From Opitutaceae bacterium (GTDB lineage Bacteria > Verrucomicrobiota > Verrucomicrobiia > Opitutales > Opitutaceae): a stretch of 41,187 nt of DNA. The position numbers were made by a program, and so were the translations under genes. The DNA lies in NCBI GenBank assembly GCA_031263125.1, contig JAISGL010000076.1:1-41187 (forward strand), in the 5' to 3' direction. The notes beneath the pieces were generated by a model. The model did not search any database. It saw only the letters and a program-made list of their open reading frames with translations, and had not been told where the DNA came from. Of this stretch, positions 10,453 through 19,468 are shown piece after piece. Each line of letters begins with the position of its first letter. Position 1 is the first letter of the stretch.

Positions 10453-10560
10453 CTGATATTACGTGGGCGGCGGTTTTTGAAAACGTCGAAGAGCCAGGTG
10501 GGAAATCCACAGAAAATCCGCCGACGCGGAGCGTTTGGCCGGCCTGGCGGTTTGCGTTAT

Positions 10561-10594
10561 AAAAAACCGGCGTCCGTTTTGAAGGACGCCGGTT
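10561..10594 (-). terminator. Rho-independent terminator after pnp
   Basis: Stem aaccggcgtcc/ggacgccggtt with 8-nt loop, followed by a T-run on the minus strand. Confidence 0.8.
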
Positions 10595-10632
10595 GATATA
10601 TTCGTTGCTCGTTGCTGAATTATTTCGCGCGA

Positions 10633-12822
10633 TTAGCTGGCCGGGGCGTCGGGGGCGGGGGCGGGTGGCGCGGCGTTTTCGGTTTGACGGGCTTCCATTT
10701 CTTTCATCGCGGCTTTGCGGCTGAGGCGGACTTTGCCGCTTCTTTCGTCGATGCCGATGCACTTGACCCACATTTCGTCACCGATTTTGCAGACGTCTTC
10801 GGTGCGGCGGACGCGGAAATCGGCGAGTTCACTGATGTGGCAGAGACCTTCCTTGCCGGGGATGCATTCGACGAAGGCGCCAAATTCTTTCGTGCCTTTG
10901 ACGACGCCGCGGTAGAGTTTGCCGACTTCGATTTGCGCGCCGCCGCCACAGAGGGCGTCGATTTCCTGGATGGCGCGGGCCATCGAGTCGGCGTTGTTCG
11001 AGTAGATGTAGACTTTGCCGGAATCGTCCTCGGCGATGTCGATTTGCGCGCCGGTGGTCTCGACAATGCGGCGGATGGTTTTGCCGCCCGGGCCGATGAG
11101 GAGGCCGATGTTGTCGGGGTCGATTTGGATCGTCTGGATGCGGGGGGCGTAGGTGCTGAGTTGGGCGCGGGGGGCGGGGATCGAGCCGAGCATGATTTTC
11201 AGGATTTCAATGCGGGCGTCGCGGGCTTGGTAGATGGCTTTCCGGGCGATTTCGAGGGGGAGGCCGTTGATTTTGAGGTCGAGTTGGAAGCCGGTGATGC
11301 CGGTGGTGGTGCCGGCGAGTTTGAAGTCCATGTCGCCAAAGTGGTCTTCTTCGCCGATGATGTCGGTGACGGTGACCCATTTGGTGATGGAGCCGTCGTC
11401 GGCGTTTTCGGTCATGAGGCCGCAGGAGATGCCGGCGACGGGGGCGATGATGGGCACGCCGGCGTCCATGAGCGAGAGGCAGCCGCCGCAGATGGAGGCC
11501 ATGGAGGTGGAGCCGTTGGAGGCCATGATGTCGGAGACGACGCGGATGGAGTAGGGGAAGACGTCCTCGGGGGGGAGGACGGGGACGAGGGAGCGTTCCG
11601 CGAGGGCGCCGTGGCCGACTTCGCGGCGGCCGGGCGAGCCGAAGCGGCCGGTTTCACCGACGGAGTAGGGGGGAAAGTTGTAGTGGAGGATGAAGGATTT
11701 CGATTTCGCGCCGCCGGTGAGGGCGTCGAGTTCCTGGGCTTCCTTGGTGGGGCCGAGGGTGGTGGTCACGATGGTTTGGGTGTCGCCGCGTTTGAACATG
11801 GCGGAGCCGTGGACGCGGGGGAGGACGCCGGCTTCGGCTGTGATGGGGCGGAGGCTGGTCGAGTCGCGTCCGTCGGCGCGCACGCCGCGTTCGAGGACGG
11901 CTTTGCGGTAGGCGGTGTACTGGAGGTCCTCGAAGACGATGCCGATGTCGTGGTCGGCGAAATTGCCTTCGCCGAGTTCGGCGGTGAGGGCGGTTTTGCA
12001 CTCTTCCTTGAGCGCGGTGACGTTGGCCGAGCGGACTTGTTTTTCCTTGCCGAAGATGGCGTCGACGATTTTGGGGCCGGCGGTGCGCTCGATGATGGCG
12101 CGGGCTTCGGGTTTGGCGGTGACGAGGGGGTACTGGCGTTTGGGTTTTCCGGCGATGGTGACGAGTTGTTTGATGCCGGCGATGATGGGTTGGATGGCTT
12201 TGTGGGCGAATTCGAGGGCTTCGATGAAGCGGTCTTCGGGGAGTTGCGCGGCGGAGCCTTCGATCATGAGCATGTCTTTTTCGGTGCCGACGTAGATGAG
12301 GTCGAGGTCGGAGGAATACATTTGCTCGATGGTGGGGTTGACGACGAACTGGCCGTCGATTTGGGCGATGCGGGCGCCGGCGATGGGGCCGGCCCAGGGG
12401 ATGTCGGAGATGGCGAGGGCGGCGCTGGCGCCGTTGAGCATGGAGATGTCGGCGTCGTTGAGTTGGTCGGCGGAGAGGAGGAGGCCGATGACCTGGACTT
12501 CGTTGAGGAAGCCGGCGGGGAAGAGAGGGCGGCAGGGACGGTCGCAGAGACGCGAGGTGAGGATTTCCTTTTCGGTGGGGCGGCCTTCGCGTTTGAAATA
12601 GCCTCCGGGGAAGCGGCCGGCGGCGGAGTATTTTTCGCGGTAGTCGACGGTGAGGGGGAAGAAGTCCTGGCCGGGTTTGATGTTTTCGGCGGCGGTGGCG
12701 GAAACGAAGAGGGTGGTTTCGCCGACTTGGACGGTGACGGCGCCGTTGGCGAGGTGGGCGAGCGAGCCGGTGCCAATGGTGATGCCATATTCAGGGATGG
12801 TGACGGTGTGTTTTTGATTCAT
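10633..12822 (-). CDS. pnp: Polyribonucleotide nucleotidyltransferase (PNPase)
   Basis: [45 protein letters not shown] (IGPGGKTIR) and S1 domains; downstream of rpsO. Confidence 0.98.
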   Translation of the reverse strand: MNQKHTVTIPEYGITIGTGSLAHLANGAVTVQVGETTLFVSATAAENIKPGQDFFPLTVDYREKYSAAGRFPGGYFKREGRPTEKEILTSRLCDRPCRPLFPAGFLNEVQVIGLLLSADQLNDADISMLNGASAALAISDIPWAGPIAGARIAQIDGQFVVNPTIEQMYSSDLDLIYVGTEKDMLMIEGSAAQLPEDRFIEALEFAHKAIQPIIAGIKQLVTIAGKPKRQYPLVTAKPEARAIIERTAGPKIVDAIFGKEKQVRSANVTALKEECKTALTAELGEGNFADHDIGIVFEDLQYTAYRKAVLERGVRADGRDSTSLRPITAEAGVLPRVHGSAMFKRGDTQTIVTTTLGPTKEAQELDALTGGAKSKSFILHYNFPPYSVGETGRFGSPGRREVGHGALAERSLVPVLPPEDVFPYSIRVVSDIMASNGSTSMASICGGCLSLMDAGVPIIAPVAGISCGLMTENADDGSITKWVTVTDIIGEEDHFGDMDFKLAGTTTGITGFQLDLKINGLPLEIARKAIYQARDARIEILKIMLGSIPAPRAQLSTYAPRIQTIQIDPDNIGLLIGPGGKTIRRIVETTGAQIDIAEDDSGKVYIYSNNADSMARAIQEIDALCGGGAQIEVGKLYRGVVKGTKEFGAFVECIPGKEGLCHISELADFRVRRTEDVCKIGDEMWVKCIGIDERSGKVRLSRKAAMKEMEARQTENAAPPAPAPDAPAS

Positions 12823-12826
12823 GGTG

Positions 12827-13005
12827 AGAGAGAGTGTGTGTGCGTGTGGGTGTGTGTGTGCGTGCGTGCGTGTGTGTGAGTGTGGGTGTGTGCGTGTATA
12901 TAGCGTGTGGTTAAGTGGAGATCGGGCTGGTTTTCCGGAGAGGACTGGGCAGGCGAATCTGGCTGATCTGACTGATCTGGCTGATCGGACCGATCTGCCC
13001 GATGT
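12827..13005. repeat. (GT)-rich microsatellite and 9-bp repeat (ctgatcNgR) in the rpsO-pnp spacer
   Basis: tgtgtgtgcgtgtgggtgtgtgtg... at 12834-12896; ctggctgatctgactgatctggctgatcggaccgatctgcccgat at 12959-13003. Confidence 0.75.
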
Positions 13006-13086
13006 TGCTGTGCGTTAGCTGAGGCTGATGTCGGAAATGTCCCGGAGACTGGCGCGAGTGTCGTGGGCGCGGTTGCAGTTTGGACA

Positions 13087-13115
13087 ACGGGCGACCCGCG
13101 AATCGGGTCGCCCGT
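13087..13115 (-). terminator. Strong hairpin after rpsO (terminator or processing stem)
   Basis: acgggcgacccg-cgaat-cgggtcgcccgt 12-bp stem, 15 nt after the rpsO stop; weak U-tract. Confidence 0.6.
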
Positions 13116-13130
13116 GTGCTTGGGAAGGCG

Positions 13131-13394
13131 TTAGCGACGGAGGCTGAGCTTTTGCAGCATCTCGTTATACTTGGGCAGGTTTTTACGCTTCAAGTAGTCG
13201 AGGAGTTTGCGGCGGCGGCTGGCCATTTGGAGAAGGCCGCGGCGACTGTGGAAGTCCTTGCGATGCGTGCGGAGGTGCTCGGTCAGGTGACTGATGCGGG
13301 CGGAGAGCAACGCAATCTGGACTTCGGATGAGCCGGTGTCCTTCTTGTGTATTTTGAACTGGGCGATGATATCTGGTTTGATGACTGGTGACAT
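13131..13394 (-). CDS. rpsO: 30S ribosomal protein S15
   Basis: [23 protein letters not shown]...[13 protein letters not shown] at 13394; rpsO-pnp synteny. Confidence 0.97.
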   Translation of the reverse strand: MSPVIKPDIIAQFKIHKKDTGSSEVQIALLSARISHLTEHLRTHRKDFHSRRGLLQMASRRRKLLDYLKRKNLPKYNEMLQKLSLRR

Positions 13395-13643
13395 GTGGTT
13401 TTGTTGATTTGAACTGCACGACCGCAGGGGCGCCTTGTTGAAGGGCGTCCGTGCAACCCGCTCGTGCCGGCGGTGTCGTGAAACAACGCGGGCGTTTGCC
13501 GGTGGCACCGTTCCAATCCGGCGGGATGCCGGACCGGTCATGGTGGGAATCCGCAACCGACGGACTTCCACTAACGCAAGGGGTGGTTTATCGGGGAGGG
13601 CGCGGGGCGGCGCAAGAAGAATTTATGAAAATGAAAGAGAGGG

Positions 13644-14264
13644 GGCGCCACCGTCACCGGCACCCTCAGCGCCGGCCTCTACGGCACCTGGTTGTCCGAT
13701 ACCGGCTGGCACGCCGACCTCGTCCTCAAAGCCGACCGCTACAAACACCGCTTCGACACCCAAACCGCCGGAGCCGCCCCCCATCCCGTAACCGCCGCTT
13801 ACAACAGCACCGCCCAAGGCATCTCCCTCGAACTGGGCCGCCGCCTCACCCGCTCCGACGGCAGCGGCTGATGACTCGAACCCACCGCGCAAGCCGCCAT
13901 CGCATGGATGCACGGCGCCACCTACCGCACCACCCCCGGCAACCAAACCCTCGACGTAACCCTCGCCACCGCCCGCGCCACCCAGTACCGCGCCCAACTC
14001 CGCTTTGGCCGCCAGCTCCGCGACCCCCGCTGGCGCCCCTACGGCAAATTTGCCGTGGTAAAAACCGACACCGCCGGCGGCGAAATCCGCGTAGCCGGCG
14101 AAACTTTCGCCCCCGACTGTGATGGCTGGCGCGGCGAGTTCGGTTTTGGCGCGAGCTACCAGCTCACCGCCCGCGCCCAGCTGTACCTCGACTACGAGTA
14201 TACCAAGTCCGCCCACTACGAGCGCCCTTGGTCGCTAAACCTCGGCTACCGCGTATTGTGGTAG
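13644..14264 (+). pseudogene. 5'-truncated autotransporter beta-barrel remnant with two in-frame TGA stops
   Basis: Single frame reads GATVTGTLSAGLYGTWLSDTGWHADLVLK...SLELGRR...GSG**LEPTAQ...YERPWSLNLGYRVLW. No start codon (in-frame TGA at 13632); stops at 13869-13874. Confidence 0.85.
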
Positions 14265-14287
14265 GGCCTGACCTTGTGTCAGGCCGC
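14261..14287 (+). repeat. GTAG-type REP (GTAGGGCCTGACCTTGTGTCAGGCC)
   Basis: GTAG followed by an 8-bp palindrome; related copies at ~26901, 28041, 28229, 28284, 28353, 28409 and 41018. Confidence 0.8.
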
Positions 14288-14366
14288 GCACGCCCCCGTG
14301 CGCTCCGCCCGCTCCGCCTGATCCGTCCGATCCGTCCGCTCAGCCCGCTCTGTCAGATCAGTCAGA

Positions 14367-16031
14367 TCAGTCCGCTCCGCCCGGCTTCTCCCAAACGCTC
14401 ACGAAATACCCCGGCCTCAACTCAAGCACCCGCCACCCCTGCCCTGTCACCGACGGGTCGAGCTGATACCCCGCATGAATCACCAGCGCGAATTCGCCCA
14501 ACTCCGCCGCCGACGGCGCGCCCGCTTCGGAAAAATATCCCGTGGCATCACGGCGCGCCCGGAAATACCAAGGGAGCGGCCAGTAGTCGCCGCCGATGAC
14601 CGCCACCATCGCATCCGCGGGCAGCGCGTCCGCGATGCGCGCCAGCTCCGCGTCGGCCTCCGGCAGCGCCGGCGCGTATACAAACGGAAACGCAGCGCTT
14701 GCCGGCGCCTTGAAACTGCCCGCAAGCGCCGGCACGAACAACACCCCCGCCACCACCACCGCGCACGCCGCCCCGCCCCCCGCCGCCCGCCACGCGCCAC
14801 GCGTCCGCCACGCATCACGCGCCCGCCACACACCACGCGCCCACGCCGCGCCGCGCACCCGCCACACGCCACTCGCCCGCGCCGCGCCACTCGCCCGCGC
14901 CACGCCGCGCACCCGCCACGCGCCGCGCGCGCCCGCCGCGTCGCGCGCCCGCGCCGCGCCGCCCGCTCCGCAAAGCCACACCCAGCCATGCGCCGCCAGC
15001 GGCACAAACGACACCAGCGGCACGAGCATCAACCATGGCGTTTTGTATTCGATCACGGAATACACGACCACCTGCGCCGCCCCCGACACGGCCAGAAAAC
15101 ACGGCAGCGCCGGCGCCGGAAACCCAATGCGCCGATCCCTGCGCCGCCACCAAAACATCACCGCCGCGACGCCCGCAAACACCCCGATGACACCCTCGCC
15201 CGCGGGCCAGCCCCCCACGCGATAAAACCCCAGGCACTCCGTCACATAATACCACCACCCCTTCCCATGCCCGCCCCCCGTGCGATAGGCAAACAACGCG
15301 CGCCACGCATCCGCAAAACCCTCCGGATGCCTCCCAAAATTGGAATACAACAAAAACGAAACCCCCAGCGCCACGCCCCCCGCCACGCCCGCCGCCAGCG
15401 CGATGCGCCCCACCCCGCCCCCGCGCACGACGCGCCATGCCCTTCGCGGAGCCAGCGCCAGCACGGCGACCGCCCAGCTGAAGGCGATGATGCACCACGT
15501 CTCCTTCGTCGCATGCATGCAACCAAACGCCACGCCGCCCGCGACCAGCCACCGCGCCCGCCGCGTTTCCAACCAGCGCGCGACCGCGTACGGCGCCGCC
15601 AGCGCGCAGCACGCAAGCAACGTCTCATGGATCGCCATGCGCCCGAAATACACAAGCATCGGCGACACGCCCGCGAGCGCCACCGCCCGCCACCGCGCCC
15701 GTCCGTCGCGCCCCGCGCACACCCCCGCCAGCGCCGCGAGCAACACGCCGCACAACGCCGGCTGCAACCGAAACTGCCACGCCCGCAACGCATCCAGCGA
15801 CCGGACCCCAAGCACGCGCATCAACGGCAGATTTATGAAATGCGGCGCCGGCCCGTGATAATGCCCCGGATCGTAACGATACTCCCCCTGCTCCAGCAAC
15901 CCGGCAAAAATATACGCCTGCACCGCCTCGTCCGGATGCATCGGCCTCGCCCCCAAATCCACCAGCCGCACCGCCGCCGCGACAGCCAGCATCGCAAGAA
16001 AAAACACCACCGCAAACGCCCTCGCATTCAT
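14367..16031 (-). CDS. Agl23/TIGR03663-like membrane glycosyltransferase (ArnT/PMT-like, GT-C)
   Basis: RPMHPDEA, Y.YDP..YHGP, IHET, ATKET, YKTPW, DYWPLPWY motifs; many TM segments. The likely ATG (16031) lies inside a 37-bp repeat. Confidence 0.85.
   Translation of the reverse strand: MNARAFAVVFFLAMLAVAAAVRLVDLGARPMHPDEAVQAYIFAGLLEQGEYRYDPGHYHGPAPHFINLPLMRVLGVRSLDALRAWQFRLQPALCGVLLAALAGVCAGRDGRARWRAVALAGVSPMLVYFGRMAIHETLLACCALAAPYAVARWLETRRARWLVAGGVAFGCMHATKETWCIIAFSWAVAVLALAPRRAWRVVRGGGVGRIALAAGVAGGVALGVSFLLYSNFGRHPEGFADAWRALFAYRTGGGHGKGWWYYVTECLGFYRVGGWPAGEGVIGVFAGVAAVMFWWRRRDRRIGFPAPALPCFLAVSGAAQVVVYSVIEYKTPWLMLVPLVSFVPLAAHGWVWLCGAGGAARARDAAGARGAWRVRGVARASGAARASGVWRVRGAAWARGVWRARDAWRTRGAWRAAGGGAACAVVVAGVLFVPALAGSFKAPASAAFPFVYAPALPEADAELARIADALPADAMVAVIGGDYWPLPWYFRARRDATGYFSEAGAPSAAELGEFALVIHAGYQLDPSVTGQGWRVLELRPGYFVSVWEKPGGAD
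14780..14960. repeat. Degenerate 18-bp in-frame tandem repeat encoding an Arg/Ala/Trp-rich insert
   Basis: Translation GAARARDAAGARGAWRVRGVARASGAARASGVWRVRGAAWARGVWRARDAWRTRGAWR. Confidence 0.75.
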
Positions 16032-16199
16032 CGGCGGATGCCTTTCGCAGCGCAGACTTGATGGTGCGGATGGCGCGGGAGCCGTTGGTAACTCGCATTC
16101 ATTGGCGAATGCCTTTCGCAGCGCAGACAGGCGCCATTTGCCGGATGCGGCGCGGTGTTCGCCTCGCATTCATCAGCGGACGCCTTTCGCAGCGCAGAC
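16021..16199. CRISPR. Orphan CRISPR-like mini-array: 3 x 37-bp repeats, 2 x 34-bp spacers
   Basis: Repeats at 16021-16057, 16092-16128, 16163-16199 (CTCGCATTCATCGGCGGATGCCTTTCGCAGCGCAGAC, 2 mismatches in each later copy); distinct 34-bp spacers; internal GCATTC/GRATGC stem. No cas genes in the window. Confidence 0.45.
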
Positions 16200-16505
16200 T
16201 TCCAGCCTGCATGACCATCCGCCCGCGTGGGCACATCTCAAAAACTGGACGGGCCAAGCCGCCAATTTCGGGTGGCACGGGCGTCCCGCCCGTGGACGGC
16301 GAAGCCGCCGGATTGACGTAGCACGGGCGTCCCGCCCGTGGGTTTGCGTAGCGCAGACCTCCAGCCCGTGGACGGCGCGAAGCGCCGCCCCCATGCCGGC
16401 TTCGATACGGGCAAGATGTCCGTGCCGCGGCACCTTGCTTGTCCGGTTTTTGAGATGCGCCCGGCCCGCGTTTGCCCGCCAATGCAGACTTGAACTCTGC
16501 GCTAC
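16189..16505. mobile_element. Nested repeat complex: REP pair enclosing a second MITE-like element (16229-16462) that itself carries REPs
   Basis: Outer gcagcgcagacttccagcctgc / gcagacttgaactctgcgctac; middle TIR gggcacatctcaaaaactggac / gtccggtttttgagatgcgccc with flanks cgcccgcgt / ggcccgcgt; inner gcacgggcgtcccgcccgtg x2. Confidence 0.7.
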
Positions 16506-16523
16506 GAAATGCATCCGCATGAT

Positions 16524-17516
16524 TCAGGACGCCAGAATCCCGTCTATCTTCGCAATCTCCGCGTCGCTGAAGGCCGTGTTTTTCAACGCTCCGAGATTGT
16601 CATCAATCTGTTTTGTTTTGCTCGCGCCGATGAGTGCGGATGTCACGACCGGCTGGCGCAGCACCCAGGCGAGCGCGAATTGCGCGAGCGACTGGCCGCG
16701 GGCTTTCGCCATTTCGCCGAGCGCGCGAAGCTGCGTGAGTTTTGCGTCCGTGATGTGCTCCGGTTTCAGGAAACGCGGATCATGCGCCGCGCGCGAATCG
16801 GCGGGGATGCCGTCCAGATAACGATCCGTCAGCAACCCCTGCGCGAGCGGGCAGAACGGAATGCAGCCAATGCCCTCCCTCGCGAGCACGTCGAGCAAAC
16901 CGCGCTCCGGCGCGCGCTCATACATGTGATACTTCGGCTGGTGAATCAAACACGGCGTGCCGAGGTCGCGCAAAATCGCGGCGGCCCTCGCGGTCTGCTC
17001 CGGATTGTAATTCGAGAGACCGGCGTGGAGCGCCTTGCCGCGGCGCACCGCGTGGGCGAGCGCGCCCATCGTTTCCTCAAGCGGCGTCTCCGGATCGAAA
17101 CGGTGCGAATAAAAAATATCCACGTAATCCAGACCGAGCCGTCGCAGGCTCTGGTCGAGTGAGGCGAGCATGTGTTTGCGCGAACCCAATTCGCCGTAAG
17201 GCCCGTCCCACATCAGGTAGCCGGCCTTTGTGGAGATGATGAGTTCGTCGCGATGCGCGGCGAGGTCTTCGCGCAAAATGCGCCCGAAATTGATCTCTGC
17301 GCCGCCCGGTGGCGGCCCGTAGTTGTTGGCAATGTCGAAGTGCGTGATGCCCCTGTCGAATGCGTGCAGCACAAGCGCGCGCGCGTTTTCAAACAAAACA
17401 TTGTCGCCGAAATTATGCCAGAGACCGAGCGAGAGGCGCGGCAGCCTGAGTCCGCCGCCCCCGCAGCGTTTATAAAGACCGGCGTTCGAGTAACGGGTGG
17501 GTGATGGTGTGTGCAT
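16524..17516 (-). CDS. Aldo/keto reductase, L-glyceraldehyde 3-phosphate reductase (YghZ/Gpr) type
   Basis: LSLGLWHNFG, THFDIANNYGPPPG, ISTKAGYLMWDGPYG, DYVDIFYSHRFDP, LIHQPKY; ATG at 17516. Confidence 0.92.
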   Translation of the reverse strand: MHTPSPTRYSNAGLYKRCGGGGLRLPRLSLGLWHNFGDNVLFENARALVLHAFDRGITHFDIANNYGPPPGGAEINFGRILREDLAAHRDELIISTKAGYLMWDGPYGELGSRKHMLASLDQSLRRLGLDYVDIFYSHRFDPETPLEETMGALAHAVRRGKALHAGLSNYNPEQTARAAAILRDLGTPCLIHQPKYHMYERAPERGLLDVLAREGIGCIPFCPLAQGLLTDRYLDGIPADSRAAHDPRFLKPEHITDAKLTQLRALGEMAKARGQSLAQFALAWVLRQPVVTSALIGASKTKQIDDNLGALKNTAFSDAEIAKIDGILAS

Positions 17517-17573
17517 GTTTGTATGTTGTATATTATATGTTGTCTGAAAATTTGAAATTGCGGCGGCTGCCAT

Positions 17574-18293
17574 TCAGGATGCCAGTTGCTCCAGGCGTGT
17601 CACCCACGCATCGAAGTGGCGGCATTTTCCCCTGATTTTCGGCAGACTTATGACCTCAAGCACATTGATCGCACCGCTTTGGTCACTTGCCTTGTATTTC
17701 CCGTAAACCGGTATTTTGCTTCCAATGCGACTGGAAGGCGCGCCGTTTTCCGTATGGTTGATCTCCTCGATATCATCAAAGGCGGCAACGCTGTTTTTGA
17801 GTTGTCCGATTTCGCGCTCCCTGCCGGGAAATAGAGTGCCAAGCGCATCAAGATCGGCAAACAGGAGCGTCTCAAATTCGTGCAATGCCAGATGTGGAAT
17901 AAACCGTTTTTCATCCATGCCCGCCTTGTCAACCGCGGCCCGCGTCAACAATTCCTCCAGGCGTTCGACTCGCCGGCGACAATCTTTGATATCAAAGGCA
18001 TTCTGCCTGTCGGGAAAATCATTCGGCAATTTATAGACATCGAGACACGTCGTAAACCATACCCGTGGATGCCGCTGCCATTGCCGATACAGATCAGCCA
18101 GGTCATTGAGATAGTAATCGATCGTACGACCACCACCTTTGTACACACGTCCGGCTTTGCGATCCCGGCGGGTTGTGACAATGCGCGCGTACATATCAAC
18201 TCCACGCGTGCCAAGATGCGGAGCCAGCAGGCGGTCAACGAGGTTGGCTTCGGAAAAACCCTCCGCGAGGCAAATCACCATGACTCGATTCAT
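17574..18293 (-). CDS. DUF4276-family protein (TOPRIM-like putative nuclease)
   Basis: N-terminal AEGFSE, TTCLDVYKLP, HEFETLLF, EEIN...PS, C-terminal IRGKCRHFDAWV; ATGA overlap with the upstream ATPase. Confidence 0.8.
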   Translation of the reverse strand: MNRVMVICLAEGFSEANLVDRLLAPHLGTRGVDMYARIVTTRRDRKAGRVYKGGGRTIDYYLNDLADLYRQWQRHPRVWFTTCLDVYKLPNDFPDRQNAFDIKDCRRRVERLEELLTRAAVDKAGMDEKRFIPHLALHEFETLLFADLDALGTLFPGREREIGQLKNSVAAFDDIEEINHTENGAPSSRIGSKIPVYGKYKASDQSGAINVLEVISLPKIRGKCRHFDAWVTRLEQLAS

Positions 18294-19393
18294 GGCCGCG
18301 GCCTCCCGCCCAGGATGTTTTTATCCCAAAGCTCACCAAGCGAGTAACGTTCCAACCATCCGGCGAGTTCAGCCTCATCGGGACGCGATAATACAGTTTC
18401 CCCTTCCTTGCGATCCACGACGATCAAGTCGCCGATATCCAGATGATCGACAAGCGGACTGGATTGGGTGGAAACAATCAACTGGCATTTTTCCGCAGCC
18501 AGTTGAAACATCCCAGCCAGCACGGTGATCGCGTACGGATGCAAGCCAAGCTCGGGTTCGTCGATGATTATTGTCGCCGGCGGTTTGGGTTGAAGCAGCA
18601 GCGTGGCAAGACAAATGAAACGAATGCTGCCGTCGGAGAGCTGGCTTGGATAATAGATTTTTTCGCCGTAACGCTCCTTCCAAAGAAGGGTGACCTGATT
18701 GTTGCGGTCCGGCTTTAGTTCGAAGTCGCCAAAGTATGGCGCCGCCTGGCGAATGTGGGAAACGATACGGTCGTAGTAATCGCGATTTTCGTCTCTCATG
18801 CGCAGCAAAAAGGGGGCTATGTTGCCGGCATCGGAACGGAACCGGTCATTATCAACGACATTTACAGCACGCATCATCGCCGCTTTGCGACTGGTGTTGT
18901 GAAAATGATATACGCGCCAGTCGCGAAGCGTATCCAATGTCCACAACTCCGCTGAAACCGGCGGCGTCAGTTGCAGCAGTTTGCTTTCGAGATGCCCTGA
19001 TCCGAAATTCAAAACCTCACGTTCGCAAAGGCCGTCAAATTCCACCGTTTCCTTCGCAAAAAACAGCGCGCCATCGTCAGAAGCCTTCAATGTAAACGCG
19101 TATTTATATTTATTAAAATCGAAAGAAAGGCTGGCCGAAAACTCCTGGGTTGTCTGCACGCCGCGAAATAAAAACGCATCGGCGCGCCCGCGTTCGGCCA
19201 CATAATTCCGCAAGCCCAAGTTTGAATCCACCATGTGTCCGAGCATGCGAAAGAAATCGATGAAGTTGGACTTGCCGGCGCCATTGGCCCCGATGAGCGC
19301 GTTCAGCCCTCCGTTCAACCGCACGGACTCCGGTTTCCGAAGCGATCGGAAACCTGCAATTTTGATCTCTGTCAGTATTCGGGCGTGGCTCAT
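18290..19393 (-). CDS. AAA_21/ABC-type ATPase
   Basis: Walker A GANGAGKSNF, signature LSDGSIRF, Walker B IIIDEPELGLHP, switch STQS, C-terminal YSLGELW.KN.LGGRP. Confidence 0.9.
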   Translation of the reverse strand: MSHARILTEIKIAGFRSLRKPESVRLNGGLNALIGANGAGKSNFIDFFRMLGHMVDSNLGLRNYVAERGRADAFLFRGVQTTQEFSASLSFDFNKYKYAFTLKASDDGALFFAKETVEFDGLCEREVLNFGSGHLESKLLQLTPPVSAELWTLDTLRDWRVYHFHNTSRKAAMMRAVNVVDNDRFRSDAGNIAPFLLRMRDENRDYYDRIVSHIRQAAPYFGDFELKPDRNNQVTLLWKERYGEKIYYPSQLSDGSIRFICLATLLLQPKPPATIIIDEPELGLHPYAITVLAGMFQLAAEKCQLIVSTQSSPLVDHLDIGDLIVVDRKEGETVLSRPDEAELAGWLERYSLGELWDKNILGGRPRP

Positions 19394-19408
19394 GGTGCAT
19401 CCATTAAT

Positions 19409-19427
19409 ATAAAAACCTGGTTTTTAT
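19409..19427. promoter_or_regulatory. Perfect 19-bp AT-rich palindrome upstream of the AAA ATPase (candidate operator)
   Basis: ATAAAAACC-T-GGTTTTTAT, 15 nt before ATG 19393. Confidence 0.45.
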
Positions 19428-19468
19428 GAACCCGGCAATGACTGCCGGCGAGCAATATCAATCGCGAT

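Noticed and set aside
4519..12879. Long plus-strand ORFs (906, 416 and 755 aa) and similar ones opposite polB, the GH genes, lptF and the TonB receptor
   Set aside because: These are antisense shadows of well-recognised genes, caused by high-GC codon bias; they have no protein motifs.
13869..13874. TGA-to-Trp genetic code reassignment
   Set aside because: Many intact genes here end in TGA (DUF1015, VUT, aminotransferase) and use TGG for Trp, and the fragment also lacks a start codon.
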